DNA of 64,000 nt from an uncultured Planctomycetia bacterium (GCA_964372345.1 CAYJQR010000001.1:36825-100824); one strand, 5' to 3'. Counted from the stretch's first letter, positions 49,407-59,144 are shown. Numbers and translations are program-made. The notes: generated by a model from the letters alone, not told the origin.

Positions 49407-52400
49407 TCCCTGTCTTTTTTTGCCATATCTGTGATGAGAAAGATAATTGTAGATTTGCGATTAGAATAGCTGAGAAGTTGCGAAAAGATATCACGGGAGT
49501 AGAACCATTTATTGCTTGCCAGGATGATAATTGGAACAATGCCAAAGAATTAAATACGGCATTAAATCACTGCTATCTTTTTATCGCAATAGTAAGCTCG
49601 GGGTTTCTGCAAAAGAATAATTGTGTTTCTGAATTGGAACAGGCAAGAGAAAGGAACCAAAAAAATGGGAAATTTCCTATTATTTTCCCGATACAATATC
49701 AATGCGACTCAAAAGTCATGGCCGATCTAGAGTTTTCTATAGATCAAGGTAAACAGACGGGAGAGAGATGGGTTGATTTCTCTAATGATAGCGAATATGA
49801 CGTCAAGTATGAAGAATTTTATAAAAGAATATATTCTACAATTCTTGATAGCAATCTGATAACCAACGAGGATTTTCACAAGGATTGTAAAGTTCTCGAT
49901 GTTGTTTTAAGAGAAGATGAGCCAACCTCGGGTTTCGTAAAGACAGCGATAGATTATTGCCGAAGGGGTGAAGAATATGGTTTTTATTTTTTTAAAAATC
50001 TTTCGAATCCAAAATGGCTAAGCCATTTATATGCGGCGGGATTTTTTAACAATAATCCCTCTCCTGTAGAATCTGAGAAAAATGCCGGCTACTATAATAT
50101 CAATATCCCTTTTTGGACGGTATTACCTTATCTAGAGAAAGTAGCAGAAAATCTTCGGGGTAGACCGACTTTTGTAATAATTGATATTATACGTAAGGTT
50201 ACAAGGCCGGTTGCTCCAGTAAAAAAACAAGACAACTATCACACCTGGTATTCCTTCATCAAGATCATGGCGAACCTGCCGCCTGATGTTATTCAATTGG
50301 AGGACATTGATCTCGTCGCTGACTGGCTGGAGAGTAGATTTGATGTTTCTCTTGTGATGCACGAAGTCGGCAGGACATTTTTGCCGAAACTGCTTTCCAC
50401 GCAAGGAGAAGACTTGCGGAAAGTTACGCGTCTTATCGAAATTGTTATAAATTCGATTAAGGTTGAAAAAAGACATAGCGTCGAAGTCCGTGGGCTTCAA
50501 GAGATGTTTGAACTGAATGCTTCACAATTGGGCGAGAAATGCGGCAAGGAGATTGTGGAAGTTCTTAAAAGGAAAATAGAGACAGTGATCGCCGCGGAAG
50601 ACGATACATACAGCTATATATGGCGGCCCGCTATTGAGGACCATGAGCAGAATGTTGGCGACGGCGAATACCGGCACATCTTGATTGCGGGCTTGCGGGA
50701 TGTGCTTTTAGGATTCGCCTCTAAACAAGATGCTTCAGGGATGATCCAGACGTTTTTCCAATCAGAAAAATACATTATCAGACGTATCGGATTATATGTT
50801 TTAGATAAGCTGTTTGAAAAGTTTAGGTATAAAGAATTGGCCGAACAGGCCATTCAAGATGAGATGAGAGAACTATTACTCAAGAGCAATTATCACCACG
50901 AATGGTATCTGTTTATAAAAACTCACTTTAATACTCTTTCAAAGGAGGTTCAAAAGAAGCTTATCGAGTATATCAGCACCCTAAAGGGAGATTGGCGGGA
51001 TGCCGCGGATAAGGAGAGATTTAATATAGAGCTTCGGCGCCAGTGGTTTGGCGCGATTCAATCCTCCGGATATCAACTGCCTGCCGAAATAAAACAACGA
51101 TATCGTGAAGGGATTAATGCTGAATCCGAACACCCAGAGTTTTTAGGTTATATGGGCCCTGTTTCGTGGGGGGATGAAAATGTCTTTTCCGTGAGTGAAT
51201 TATTGGCTCAAGGAAGCGCCGAAAACATTATTTCATTTCTTAATGGCTATCGGGGGAAGAACCGGTTTGGTAAACCGGCTATCCGTGAATCAGGGCAGTC
51301 TTTGAAAGCGGCCGTTAAGGCAAAACAGGATTTTTTTGAAGGAAATCTTGATAAATTTAAAGAGGTAAAATGGGAGTATTGGTACTACCTGTTGGACGCT
51401 TTTGAAGAGCTATGGGATGATAAAAAACAGATTGACTGGAATAAAGTACTAGCGTTTTGTTCGTCAATAGTCCATCAGGATTTCTTGTACCAAGAAGAGG
51501 AAAAGAAAGATAACCACCCGCTTTACCCTAAGGAAAGTTGGGTCATTTCTGTCATCGCAGACCTGATTAAGAAAGGGGTTCAGAATGATGAACGGACGAT
51601 GCCGGATGATTGTTTAGATAATGCCGAACAGATTATCAGGATCATGCTAGGGAAACAGAAAGCAGAGGCAACCGGGAAAGAAGATAGCGCTTTGAACGAA
51701 GCGATGAACACAACCAAAGGGCGCGTCTTAACGTGTTTCATCAGTTATGCCTTGCGGCGGTACAGAACTTATGAAAGGCTGCCTGAGAAAGGCATTAAAG
51801 AAAAGGAATCGTTCTGGGGAAAAATAGAACCTCTCTTCGACGAGGAGATCAAAAAAACAAAAGAAGGAAATTTTGAGTTTTCAAGCATTGCGGGGGCGTA
51901 TCTTCCCAACCTTTTTTATTTGAATAACGATTGGGCCGAGAGAAATATCAATCATATATTTTCACAAGAGGAAAAGCACTGGCGCTGCGCTATGGCGGGA
52001 TATGCGTATGTCAGTACTGTCTATTCAGTTATTTATGGCTTGTTGAAGAAGAACGGCAACCTTAAACGCGCTCTTGATACGGAATTTACCAATGACAATG
52101 TAAAAGAGCGGATCGTCGAAAATATCGCGGTCTCCTACTTAAGGGGGCAGGAGTCTTTAGACGGCGAAGGGAGTTTATTTAAGTACCTGCTTGAGAAATG
52201 GCAGGTAAAAAACATTGAAGATACTATTGATCTTTTTTGGGCTCATCGGGATGTCGAGTTAAATCGTGAACAGAGAGATCGAATATATGGCTTTTTGCGG
52301 TATTGTTTTAACCGCGTCAAAGGGCATGAAGAGGAAAACAAAGGGATCCTTTCCGATTTAAACCTGTTGGCCGTATTCTTGTGCGAAATCAACAATGAGC

Positions 52401-52702
52401 AAAAAGATTGGCTCATGCAATCTGTTCAACATGTAGAGGAACGCTATCACAGTTCATTCTTTCTGGAATACTTGGATAAATTAGCCGCTATTAACCCGAG
52501 AGAGGCGGGCGAAGTTTTCCTTGAAATGTTGAATAAAACTGTACCCCCATACAAGGAAGAAAATGTAACATCAATCGTTGAAAAAATCTACAAAGCCGGA
52601 TTCAAAGAGATAGCTAATCTAATCTGCGATAAATATAAGCGAAATGGGCATGACTTCTTAGATGACCTTTATAATCGGTATAATTCAGCTAACATTAAAT
52701 AG
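49403..52702 (+). CDS. Large (1099 aa) protein with an N-terminal TIR-like domain and a long helical repeat region of unknown function. Translationally coupled to hsdS.
   Basis: Residues 1-140 follow the TIR motif order: VFFCHICDEKD (betaA) ... VEPFIACQDD ... YLFIAIVSSGFLQKNNCVSELEQA ... KFPIIFPIQYQCDSKV. There is no P-loop or nuclease motif. GC content is about 40%. The ATGA start overlaps the hsdS stop. Confidence 0.55.
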   Translation: MIPVFFCHICDEKDNCRFAIRIAEKLRKDITGVEPFIACQDDNWNNAKELNTALNHCYLFIAIVSSGFLQKNNCVSELEQARERNQKNGKFPIIFPIQYQCDSKVMADLEFSIDQGKQTGERWVDFSNDSEYDVKYEEFYKRIYSTILDSNLITNEDFHKDCKVLDVVLREDEPTSGFVKTAIDYCRRGEEYGFYFFKNLSNPKWLSHLYAAGFFNNNPSPVESEKNAGYYNINIPFWTVLPYLEKVAENLRGRPTFVIIDIIRKVTRPVAPVKKQDNYHTWYSFIKIMANLPPDVIQLEDIDLVADWLESRFDVSLVMHEVGRTFLPKLLSTQGEDLRKVTRLIEIVINSIKVEKRHSVEVRGLQEMFELNASQLGEKCGKEIVEVLKRKIETVIAAEDDTYSYIWRPAIEDHEQNVGDGEYRHILIAGLRDVLLGFASKQDASGMIQTFFQSEKYIIRRIGLYVLDKLFEKFRYKELAEQAIQDEMRELLLKSNYHHEWYLFIKTHFNTLSKEVQKKLIEYISTLKGDWRDAADKERFNIELRRQWFGAIQSSGYQLPAEIKQRYREGINAESEHPEFLGYMGPVSWGDENVFSVSELLAQGSAENIISFLNGYRGKNRFGKPAIRESGQSLKAAVKAKQDFFEGNLDKFKEVKWEYWYYLLDAFEELWDDKKQIDWNKVLAFCSSIVHQDFLYQEEEKKDNHPLYPKESWVISVIADLIKKGVQNDERTMPDDCLDNAEQIIRIMLGKQKAEATGKEDSALNEAMNTTKGRVLTCFISYALRRYRTYERLPEKGIKEKESFWGKIEPLFDEEIKKTKEGNFEFSSIAGAYLPNLFYLNNDWAERNINHIFSQEEKHWRCAMAGYAYVSTVYSVIYGLLKKNGNLKRALDTEFTNDNVKERIVENIAVSYLRGQESLDGEGSLFKYLLEKWQVKNIEDTIDLFWAHRDVELNREQRDRIYGFLRYCFNRVKGHEEENKGILSDLNLLAVFLCEINNEQKDWLMQSVQHVEERYHSSFFLEYLDKLAAINPREAGEVFLEMLNKTVPPYKEENVTSIVEKIYKAGFKEIANLICDKYKRNGHDFLDDLYNRYNSANIK

Positions 52703-52756
52703 ACCACCGGACGTAGTTCGCAGGGGACACTATTTAAAAAAACTGAGGATTTTGGG

Positions 52757-53089
52757 ATGATCCCACCACCTCTTTGGGCTGGCGCCGTTGGAGAAATAAA
52801 ATTGCACTATGTATATTTACTTCGCAGTGTAGAGAGCGGACAACTCTATCTTGGTTGGACGACAGATCTCCAACGGCGCCTGAACGAACATAACAATGGG
52901 GATTCACTAGCGACTCGTAATAGAGGTCCTTATGAATTGATTTATTTTGAGGCATATCGGTTCAGAGAAGAAGCCGTGGCGAGGGAACAGTCGCTTAAAA
53001 AACATCCCAATGTGATAAAGCAATTAAAGGCACGATTATATCGGAGTCTCGCCACGGCTTCTTCTGTCCCCAAAGAGGTGGTGGGATGA
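52757..53089 (+). CDS. GIY-YIG nuclease superfamily small protein.
   Basis: HYVYLLRSVESGQLYLGWTTDLQRRLNEHN is the GIY-YIG signature. An alternative TTG start lies at 52802. The gene is bracketed by inverted ATCCCACCACCT motifs. Confidence 0.75.
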   Translation: MIPPPLWAGAVGEIKLHYVYLLRSVESGQLYLGWTTDLQRRLNEHNNGDSLATRNRGPYELIYFEAYRFREEAVAREQSLKKHPNVIKQLKARLYRSLATASSVPKEVVG

Positions 53090-53865
53090 TTGATACCCAC
53101 TGCCATCTTCATTTTTCCGAATACGACCAGGATCGTGAAACAGTCTTGCAAAGAAGCCGGGAGAGCGGAATTGACGCTTTGATTTTGGTGGGCTGTGATG
53201 CCGAAGATTCCACCCAGGCAATGAAGCTGTCCCAAAACTTCGATGGGGCTTTCTTTAGCGCCGGTTTTCATCCCCATGAAGCGAGCCGGTGGGATCTCCA
53301 CAAAAAGAAAAAACTGGAAGAACTCTCTCAAGAACCAAAGTGTGTCGCGATCGGAGAAGTTGGGTTAGATTATTACCGCAATCTCTCTTCAAAGGAAGAC
53401 CAGCAAAAAGTTTTTATCGAGATGTTAACCTTGGCTAAAACCAGAGAACTTCCGCTGATCATTCATTCCCGTCAAGCGGTGGAGGAGATGGTTTCGTTGT
53501 TAAAAGAACAGGGGCCTTTTCCATCGTCGGGAGTGATGCACTGTTTCTCGGGAGATTCAAAATACCTGCGGGACTGTTTAAAATTGGGATTTTACATTTC
53601 GTTCGCGGGAAATCTCACCTTTACCAATGCCCAAGAGTTGCGAGAGCGCGCGGCGGAAGTTCCGATGGAACGATTGCTGGCAGAAACGGATTCTCCTTAT
53701 CTGACGCCGGTCCCGTTTAGGGGGACCCGCAATGAACCTTGCCGTCTCACGCGCACGATCGCGAAACTGGCCGAGATCCAAAAGAAATCGCCGGAAGAAA
53801 TGGCAGAGGCGACCGCTGAAAACGCCCGGCGGCTTTTTAAATTGGATCCCAATGAAAAGCATTGA
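53086..53865 (+). CDS. tatD: TatD-family metal-dependent DNase/hydrolase.
   Basis: MIDTHCHLHF...; 259 aa with His/Glu/Asp metal ligands. Confidence 0.9.
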   Translation: MIDTHCHLHFSEYDQDRETVLQRSRESGIDALILVGCDAEDSTQAMKLSQNFDGAFFSAGFHPHEASRWDLHKKKKLEELSQEPKCVAIGEVGLDYYRNLSSKEDQQKVFIEMLTLAKTRELPLIIHSRQAVEEMVSLLKEQGPFPSSGVMHCFSGDSKYLRDCLKLGFYISFAGNLTFTNAQELRERAAEVPMERLLAETDSPYLTPVPFRGTRNEPCRLTRTIAKLAEIQKKSPEEMAEATAENARRLFKLDPNEKH

Positions 53866-54880
53866 TATTTCAGCCCTGTTTCAATGGATATGGCGCCGGA
53901 AGATTTATTGGGTCATGCTCCTGTTTATTTTCTTAATTCATGCCTTCTTTGCCCCGCCAAAGGGGGGAGAGGAACAGACCCATGAATTCTCAAAAGTCTA
54001 CCAGCAGTTCAATGAGACGATCAAGGAAGAGTTGAAAAACCCGCGAAAGATCGTTTTACTGGGCGGCCTCACATTGCTGGGATTGGGAGCGCTGGGAGTG
54101 GGGAGCGTCCTTTTCTTTACGTGGGGGTTAGGATTTATCAGACACGCCAGGGCGGACCATCTTCCTGCTCCGTGGAGATTCTGGGATCTGTTTCGCGTGG
54201 TCATCCTTTCTTTCTTTTGGGGGGAATTCGGTTTTCTGATTGTTTTAGCGGGATGCCGGCGGCTTGGCGTGGGAGTCAAGGATATCAACGAGCATTTCCT
54301 GATGTTATCGGGAACATTATGGATGGACCTCCTGATTTTTTTCTTTATTCTATCTATCGTGATCGGCCAGGCGGGGGGGACGTGTCTGCATTTAGGGTTG
54401 ACCTGCCGGCGGTTTTTCAGGAACGTGGCGACGGGGATTTTAGGATACGTTTCCGCGCTCCCCATTTTGTTGATGACTCTTTTGACGGCGCTGGCCGTGG
54501 TCCAAATTTTAAAATACGAACCTCCGCCTCAGCCAATCCAAGAGATTTTCTTTATGGAAAAGGGGGGTACTCTCCTTATCGCTTCGATCTTAGCGGCGCT
54601 GGTGGGTCCCTTCTTTGAAGAACTCTTTTTCCGCGGTTTTCTGTATAATACTCTCAAGAAACGAGTGAGTCCCATGACGGCGTTGTGGACAACCAGCGCT
54701 TTCTTCGCGGGAGTCCACGGGAACCTCTTTGGTTTCTTCCCGATCATGGTGTTGAGCGCGCTGTTGACTCTTTTATATGAAAAAACCGGCTCGCTGGTCG
54801 CATCCATTACGGTGCATGTCTTGCATAATTCTTTGATGATCGGGTTTCTTTTTTTGGCAAAGGAATTGGGAGGTTTATGA
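53852..54880 (+). CDS. CPBP-family (CAAX-type) intramembrane metalloprotease.
   Basis: A polytopic membrane protein with EELFFRGFL and H..NS...G motifs. The start was set to ATG 53852. Confidence 0.7.
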   Translation: MKSIDISALFQWIWRRKIYWVMLLFIFLIHAFFAPPKGGEEQTHEFSKVYQQFNETIKEELKNPRKIVLLGGLTLLGLGALGVGSVLFFTWGLGFIRHARADHLPAPWRFWDLFRVVILSFFWGEFGFLIVLAGCRRLGVGVKDINEHFLMLSGTLWMDLLIFFFILSIVIGQAGGTCLHLGLTCRRFFRNVATGILGYVSALPILLMTLLTALAVVQILKYEPPPQPIQEIFFMEKGGTLLIASILAALVGPFFEELFFRGFLYNTLKKRVSPMTALWTTSAFFAGVHGNLFGFFPIMVLSALLTLLYEKTGSLVASITVHVLHNSLMIGFLFLAKELGGL

Positions 54881-55920
54881 CGACTCAGTCCGCGTACTAT
54901 CAAACTGTCAGTTGGCAAAACGGGAAGGTTCGTTTAATTGACCAAACGCTTTTGCCGGCTCAATTAGTCTATATCGAATGTGACACGGTGGAATCGCTCT
55001 GGGAAGCGATTCGCTCTCTGCGGGTTCGCGGGGCTCCCGCCATCGGGATCGCGTCCGCTTTTGGCGTGGCCATAGCGGCGATTCGGGCGGCCGCTAGTGA
55101 CGCTAAAAATTTTAAGGGAGAGGTTTTGAAAGCGATCGAATACCTCCGAAGCGCCCGGCCGACGGCGGTGAATCTTTTTTGGGCGACGGAGAGAATGAAA
55201 GAAACATTACAAGCGCGCGAGCGTCAAGAACCCAAACGGCTTGCCCAAATATTGCTGGAGGAAGCTCAAGGGATTTTGGAAGAGGACAAAAATACCTGCC
55301 GCAAGATGGCCGAGTTTGGAGCTGTCCTCATTGCTCCGGGGAGTCGGGTGATGACTCATTGCAACGCCGGGGGGTTAGCGACGGCGGAATATGGAACCGC
55401 GCTGGGGGTGATCTATCGGGCGCATGAACAGGGAAAAATTAAGGAAGTTTTTGCCGGTGAGACACGGCCGTTATTGCAGGGGGCGCGGTTGACCTGCTGG
55501 GAGCTGAAACAGGCCGGAGTCCCGGTGACCCTTGTCTGCGATACCATGGCCGGTTCGGTCCTGAAACAAAAAGGGATTGATCTGGTGATTGTGGGAGCTG
55601 ACAGAATTGCCTCTAACGGCGATACTGCCAACAAGATCGGAACCTATAACCTCGCTGTCTTAGCGAAACATCACAAGATTCCGTTTTATGTCGCCGCCCC
55701 ATGGTCAACGATTGATGTGTCAATCAGTGACGGCAGTCAGATTCCGATCGAAGAACGGGATCCAAGAGAAATCACCCATTGGGGCGGAAAACAATGGGCT
55801 CCCGAAGGAATTGGAGTTTGGAATCCGGCTTTTGATGTCACGCCAGCCGAGCTGATCACCGCTTTTATCACGGAAAAAGGAATTTTGAATCCCCCGTTTA
55901 AAAACGAAGGGCTTACATGA
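54877..55920 (+). CDS. mtnA: S-methyl-5-thioribose-1-phosphate isomerase (eIF-2B alpha/beta/delta family).
   Basis: A 347 aa product with GAPAIGIASAFG and THCNAGGLAT...GADRIA motifs. Confidence 0.8.
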   Translation: MTTQSAYYQTVSWQNGKVRLIDQTLLPAQLVYIECDTVESLWEAIRSLRVRGAPAIGIASAFGVAIAAIRAAASDAKNFKGEVLKAIEYLRSARPTAVNLFWATERMKETLQARERQEPKRLAQILLEEAQGILEEDKNTCRKMAEFGAVLIAPGSRVMTHCNAGGLATAEYGTALGVIYRAHEQGKIKEVFAGETRPLLQGARLTCWELKQAGVPVTLVCDTMAGSVLKQKGIDLVIVGADRIASNGDTANKIGTYNLAVLAKHHKIPFYVAAPWSTIDVSISDGSQIPIEERDPREITHWGGKQWAPEGIGVWNPAFDVTPAELITAFITEKGILNPPFKNEGLT

Positions 55921-56825
55921 ATGAGTTCAGTTTCATCAAAAGACTTTCCCAATCCATCAAGACAAATCGCTCAGTCATCGTCGGGATTGGGGATGACGCG
56001 GCGGTTCTTCAATATAAGAAAGACCGCTATCTTCTTTTTACGACTGACATGATCGTGGAAGGAACGCATTTCCTTTTAAAGAGCGCGGCTCCTTATCAAA
56101 TCGGCTGGAAGGCGATGGCGGTGAACCTGAGTGATATTGCGGCCATGGGAGGATTGCCTCGATGGGCGGTGGTGTCGCTGGGGGGGCCGTTTCAAAGACG
56201 GAAAATGGAAAATGGAAAATGGAAAATAGAAGAATTTGTCTGGGAAATTTACCGAGGGATGAGCGCGGTGGGCAAGAAATTCGGCGTTCAGATTGTGGGA
56301 GGGGATACCGATAAGGCGGACCGGTGGACGATCAACATCGCGCTATTGGGAGAAGTAGAAAAAAAATATCTAAAACTTCGCTCAGGAGCGAAAGTGGGTG
56401 ATCGGGTCTTTGTCACGGGTTCACTCGGCGGCTCGATTCATGGGAAACACCTGACTTTCATTCCTCGAGTCAAAGAGGCCCGCTATTTAGTCACTCATTA
56501 TCCGGTGACCAGCATGATGGATCTCTCGGACGGCCTGGCGAGCGACCTTTGCCGGATCATGGAGCAGAGCAAGGTTGGAGTCCTGATTGATGAAGAAAGA
56601 ATCCCTCTTTCAAAAGAGGCAAAGGACTCGCGAAGCGCTTTCTGCGATGGGGAAGATTTTGAATTATTATTTACGGTGCCAAAATCCGCGGGCGAAAGAT
56701 TAGAGAGGAACGTCCCCTGGGCGCGTCTGATTGGAGAAGTGACGCCTGCTTCGCGAGGACTACGGATGAGAGATCGAACTGGGCAGGTGCGGACGGTCGC
56801 ATGGAAAGGGTTCGAGCACTTCTAA
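55917..56825 (+). CDS. thiL: Thiamine-monophosphate kinase, carrying an in-frame heptamer insertion.
   Basis: An AIRS-family N-terminus (FSFIKRLSQ...GIGDDAAVL). The insert RRKMENGKWKIEEF sits at 56200-56232. Confidence 0.75.
   Translation: MNEFSFIKRLSQSIKTNRSVIVGIGDDAAVLQYKKDRYLLFTTDMIVEGTHFLLKSAAPYQIGWKAMAVNLSDIAAMGGLPRWAVVSLGGPFQRRKMENGKWKIEEFVWEIYRGMSAVGKKFGVQIVGGDTDKADRWTINIALLGEVEKKYLKLRSGAKVGDRVFVTGSLGGSIHGKHLTFIPRVKEARYLVTHYPVTSMMDLSDGLASDLCRIMEQSKVGVLIDEERIPLSKEAKDSRSAFCDGEDFELLFTVPKSAGERLERNVPWARLIGEVTPASRGLRMRDRTGQVRTVAWKGFEHF
56200..56232. repeat. (GGAAAAT)3.5 heptamer array, copy A5, inside thiL.
   Basis: ggaaaatggaaaatggaaaatggaaaatagaag. Confidence 0.85.
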
Positions 56826-56836
56826 ATGAATAAAAT

Positions 56837-57265
56837 ATGAGACCCCAAACGGTTATTTCGAACAGCCCTGAAGAGACGATTCAATTTGCTTCGCGGTGGT
56901 CTGCGAAACTGCCGGCGGGGAGTGTCGTTGTCTTACGCGGCAACTTAGGAAGCGGGAAAACTGTTTTCGTCAAAGGGGTCGCCAAAGGGATTGGGGTGAA
57001 AGAGCCGGTCACAAGCCCCACGTTTGTTTTTGTCAATGTTTACCAGGGGAGAACTCCCGTCTATCATCTTGATTTATATCGTGTCGAATCGCCGGACCAA
57101 GCGGATTCAATCGGATATGAAGAATATTTTGACTCCGACGGCATCACTTTAATCGAGTGGGGCGAAAGGGTCAAACCGTTTCTTCCCAAAAAAGCGGTAT
57201 GGATTGAGTTTGAGGTATTAGGAGAGAAGAAACGAAAAATTCGCGTTCATGGAGCTGGGCGATGA
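56837..57265 (+). CDS. tsaE: tRNA threonylcarbamoyladenosine biosynthesis ATPase TsaE.
   Basis: LRGNLGSGKTVFVKG P-loop. 142 aa. Confidence 0.85.
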   Translation: MRPQTVISNSPEETIQFASRWSAKLPAGSVVVLRGNLGSGKTVFVKGVAKGIGVKEPVTSPTFVFVNVYQGRTPVYHLDLYRVESPDQADSIGYEEYFDSDGITLIEWGERVKPFLPKKAVWIEFEVLGEKKRKIRVHGAGR

Positions 57266-57957
57266 AGATACTGGCAGTGGAAACCTCTTCATTAATGGGA
57301 AGCGTCGCTCTCCTGGAAGAAGATCGGGTCTTGATCGAGATCTCGATGCGATTGGAGAGACAGCATTCCACGAATCTGGTTCCGTTGATTGAACGGCTTC
57401 TTCAAACGGCCGGGATTGGGCTTGCCGGCATTGACGGCTACGCGGTGGGGGCGGGGCCGGGGTCTTTTACCGGGATTCGGGTCGGCGTCACGACCGTGAA
57501 GGGGCTCGCCCTGGTAACCCGGAAACCGGTCGTCGCCGTTTCATCTCTCTTGGCTTTGGCGGCTTTGGCTTGCGACGGCATGAGCGGCCCCTATCCGGTA
57601 GCGCCACTGGTGGACGCCAAAAGAAATTTAATCTACTTCACCTGGTACCGTTCCGGTAAAAACGGAAAGCCGGTCCAGTTGATCGCGCCGGGCCTGGGGA
57701 CATTAAAGGAAGCTCTTGCTAAGATCAATCGGCCGACACTCTTCATCGGCGACGGCGCCCACTGTTACCGGAAACAGATCCAACGCCTTCAAGGGAAGAA
57801 AGCCTTTTTCACGGGATCGAATGATTATTTTCCAAGGGCCTCGGCAATTGGTAAAATGGCGGTAGAAAAGTTCCGTCTCGGCAAGTTCGATGATCCCGAG
57901 ACAGTGACGCCGTCGTATCTTTATTCACGATACTGTTCGATTCAAGGGAACCGATAA
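57262..57957 (+). CDS. tsaB: tRNA threonylcarbamoyladenosine biosynthesis protein TsaB.
   Basis: MKILAVETSS...; an inactive Kae1/YeaZ-family paralog, 231 aa. Coupled to tsaE. Confidence 0.8.
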   Translation: MKILAVETSSLMGSVALLEEDRVLIEISMRLERQHSTNLVPLIERLLQTAGIGLAGIDGYAVGAGPGSFTGIRVGVTTVKGLALVTRKPVVAVSSLLALAALACDGMSGPYPVAPLVDAKRNLIYFTWYRSGKNGKPVQLIAPGLGTLKEALAKINRPTLFIGDGAHCYRKQIQRLQGKKAFFTGSNDYFPRASAIGKMAVEKFRLGKFDDPETVTPSYLYSRYCSIQGNR

Positions 57958-57959
57958 TA

Positions 57960-59144
57960 ATGATGACCCTAAGACCTACTTGGGCTGAAATAAATCTGGA
58001 GGCAGTTCAAAAGAATTTTCTCTGGGTTAAAAGCATGGTTTCCAGCGATACCGCCGTAATGGGGGTGATCAAGGCGGATGGTTATGGGCATGGAGCCGTG
58101 GAAGTGGCGAAAGCGCTCGAACAGATAGAGGCCCCTTACCTGGGAGTCTCTTCGCTGGATGAGGCGGTTGAATTGCATCAGGCAGGAATCCAAACTCCAA
58201 CCTTGATTCTCGGTTCCGTTCTTCCGGATCTTAATGCCATTTCTGGAGATCCTCTGCTTCCGACCTTCACGTTCACGGTCTGCACTCTTGACGTGGCCAA
58301 AGTCCTTCAAGAGGAAGCCCGCAAACAGCAATGTCCCATCAAGATTCACGTCAAGGTTGACACAGGAATGGGGAGGTTGGGCGTTTGGTATGAACAAGCG
58401 GCGAAATGGATCAAAGAACTCGCGCAATTTGACGCTTTGCGGTTAGAGGGAATTTACACTCATTTCGCCAATATGGACGAGAGAGATCTGAATGACACGC
58501 TGGAGCAGATCGGCCGGTTCTCCTGGCTTCTTGAGATGCTGGAAGTGCAGGAGATGCCCGCGCGATACCGTCACGCCGCCAACAGTCTGGCGGTAACTCG
58601 CCTGCCGGCGTCGCATTTTAACATGGTCCGCCCCGGGATCATTCTTTACGGCGTTTGGCCGGCGTCGGAGAATCTGCCCGATTCGGAACGGGTGCCGTTG
58701 TCTCCGGTTTTTTCTTTAAAGACGCGCGTTGTTTTCCTCAAACACACTCCCGAAGGGCGGCGCCTCGGCTACAGCGGGACTTATACCACCCAACGCCCTA
58801 CGCGGATCGCGACTCTCCCGATCGGCTATGGCGACGGCTATCCGGTGGCGCTCTCCAATAAGGCGAAAGTTTTGGTAAAAGGAATCCACGCCCCTGTCGT
58901 TGGAAAAGTTTCCATGGATCAAACGTTAATTGATGTGGGGCATATTTCGGGAATTGAAGTCGGCGACGAAGTCGTTTTAATCGGTTCCCAGGGGGAGCGG
59001 CAAATCTCGGTCGAAGAAGTCAGCCGCTGGGCCGGCAGGATTCCGTATGAATTTCTCTGCGGCATTACTCAACGAGTCCCCCGCGTGTACTACAATACGG
59101 CAGTTCTGAGTAGGGGCGCAATTAATCGCGCCCCTACCAGTTGA
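57960..59144 (+). CDS. alr: Alanine racemase.
   Basis: VIKADGYGHG PLP-Lys motif. 394 aa. Confidence 0.9.
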   Translation: MMTLRPTWAEINLEAVQKNFLWVKSMVSSDTAVMGVIKADGYGHGAVEVAKALEQIEAPYLGVSSLDEAVELHQAGIQTPTLILGSVLPDLNAISGDPLLPTFTFTVCTLDVAKVLQEEARKQQCPIKIHVKVDTGMGRLGVWYEQAAKWIKELAQFDALRLEGIYTHFANMDERDLNDTLEQIGRFSWLLEMLEVQEMPARYRHAANSLAVTRLPASHFNMVRPGIILYGVWPASENLPDSERVPLSPVFSLKTRVVFLKHTPEGRRLGYSGTYTTQRPTRIATLPIGYGDGYPVALSNKAKVLVKGIHAPVVGKVSMDQTLIDVGHISGIEVGDEVVLIGSQGERQISVEEVSRWAGRIPYEFLCGITQRVPRVYYNTAVLSRGAINRAPTS

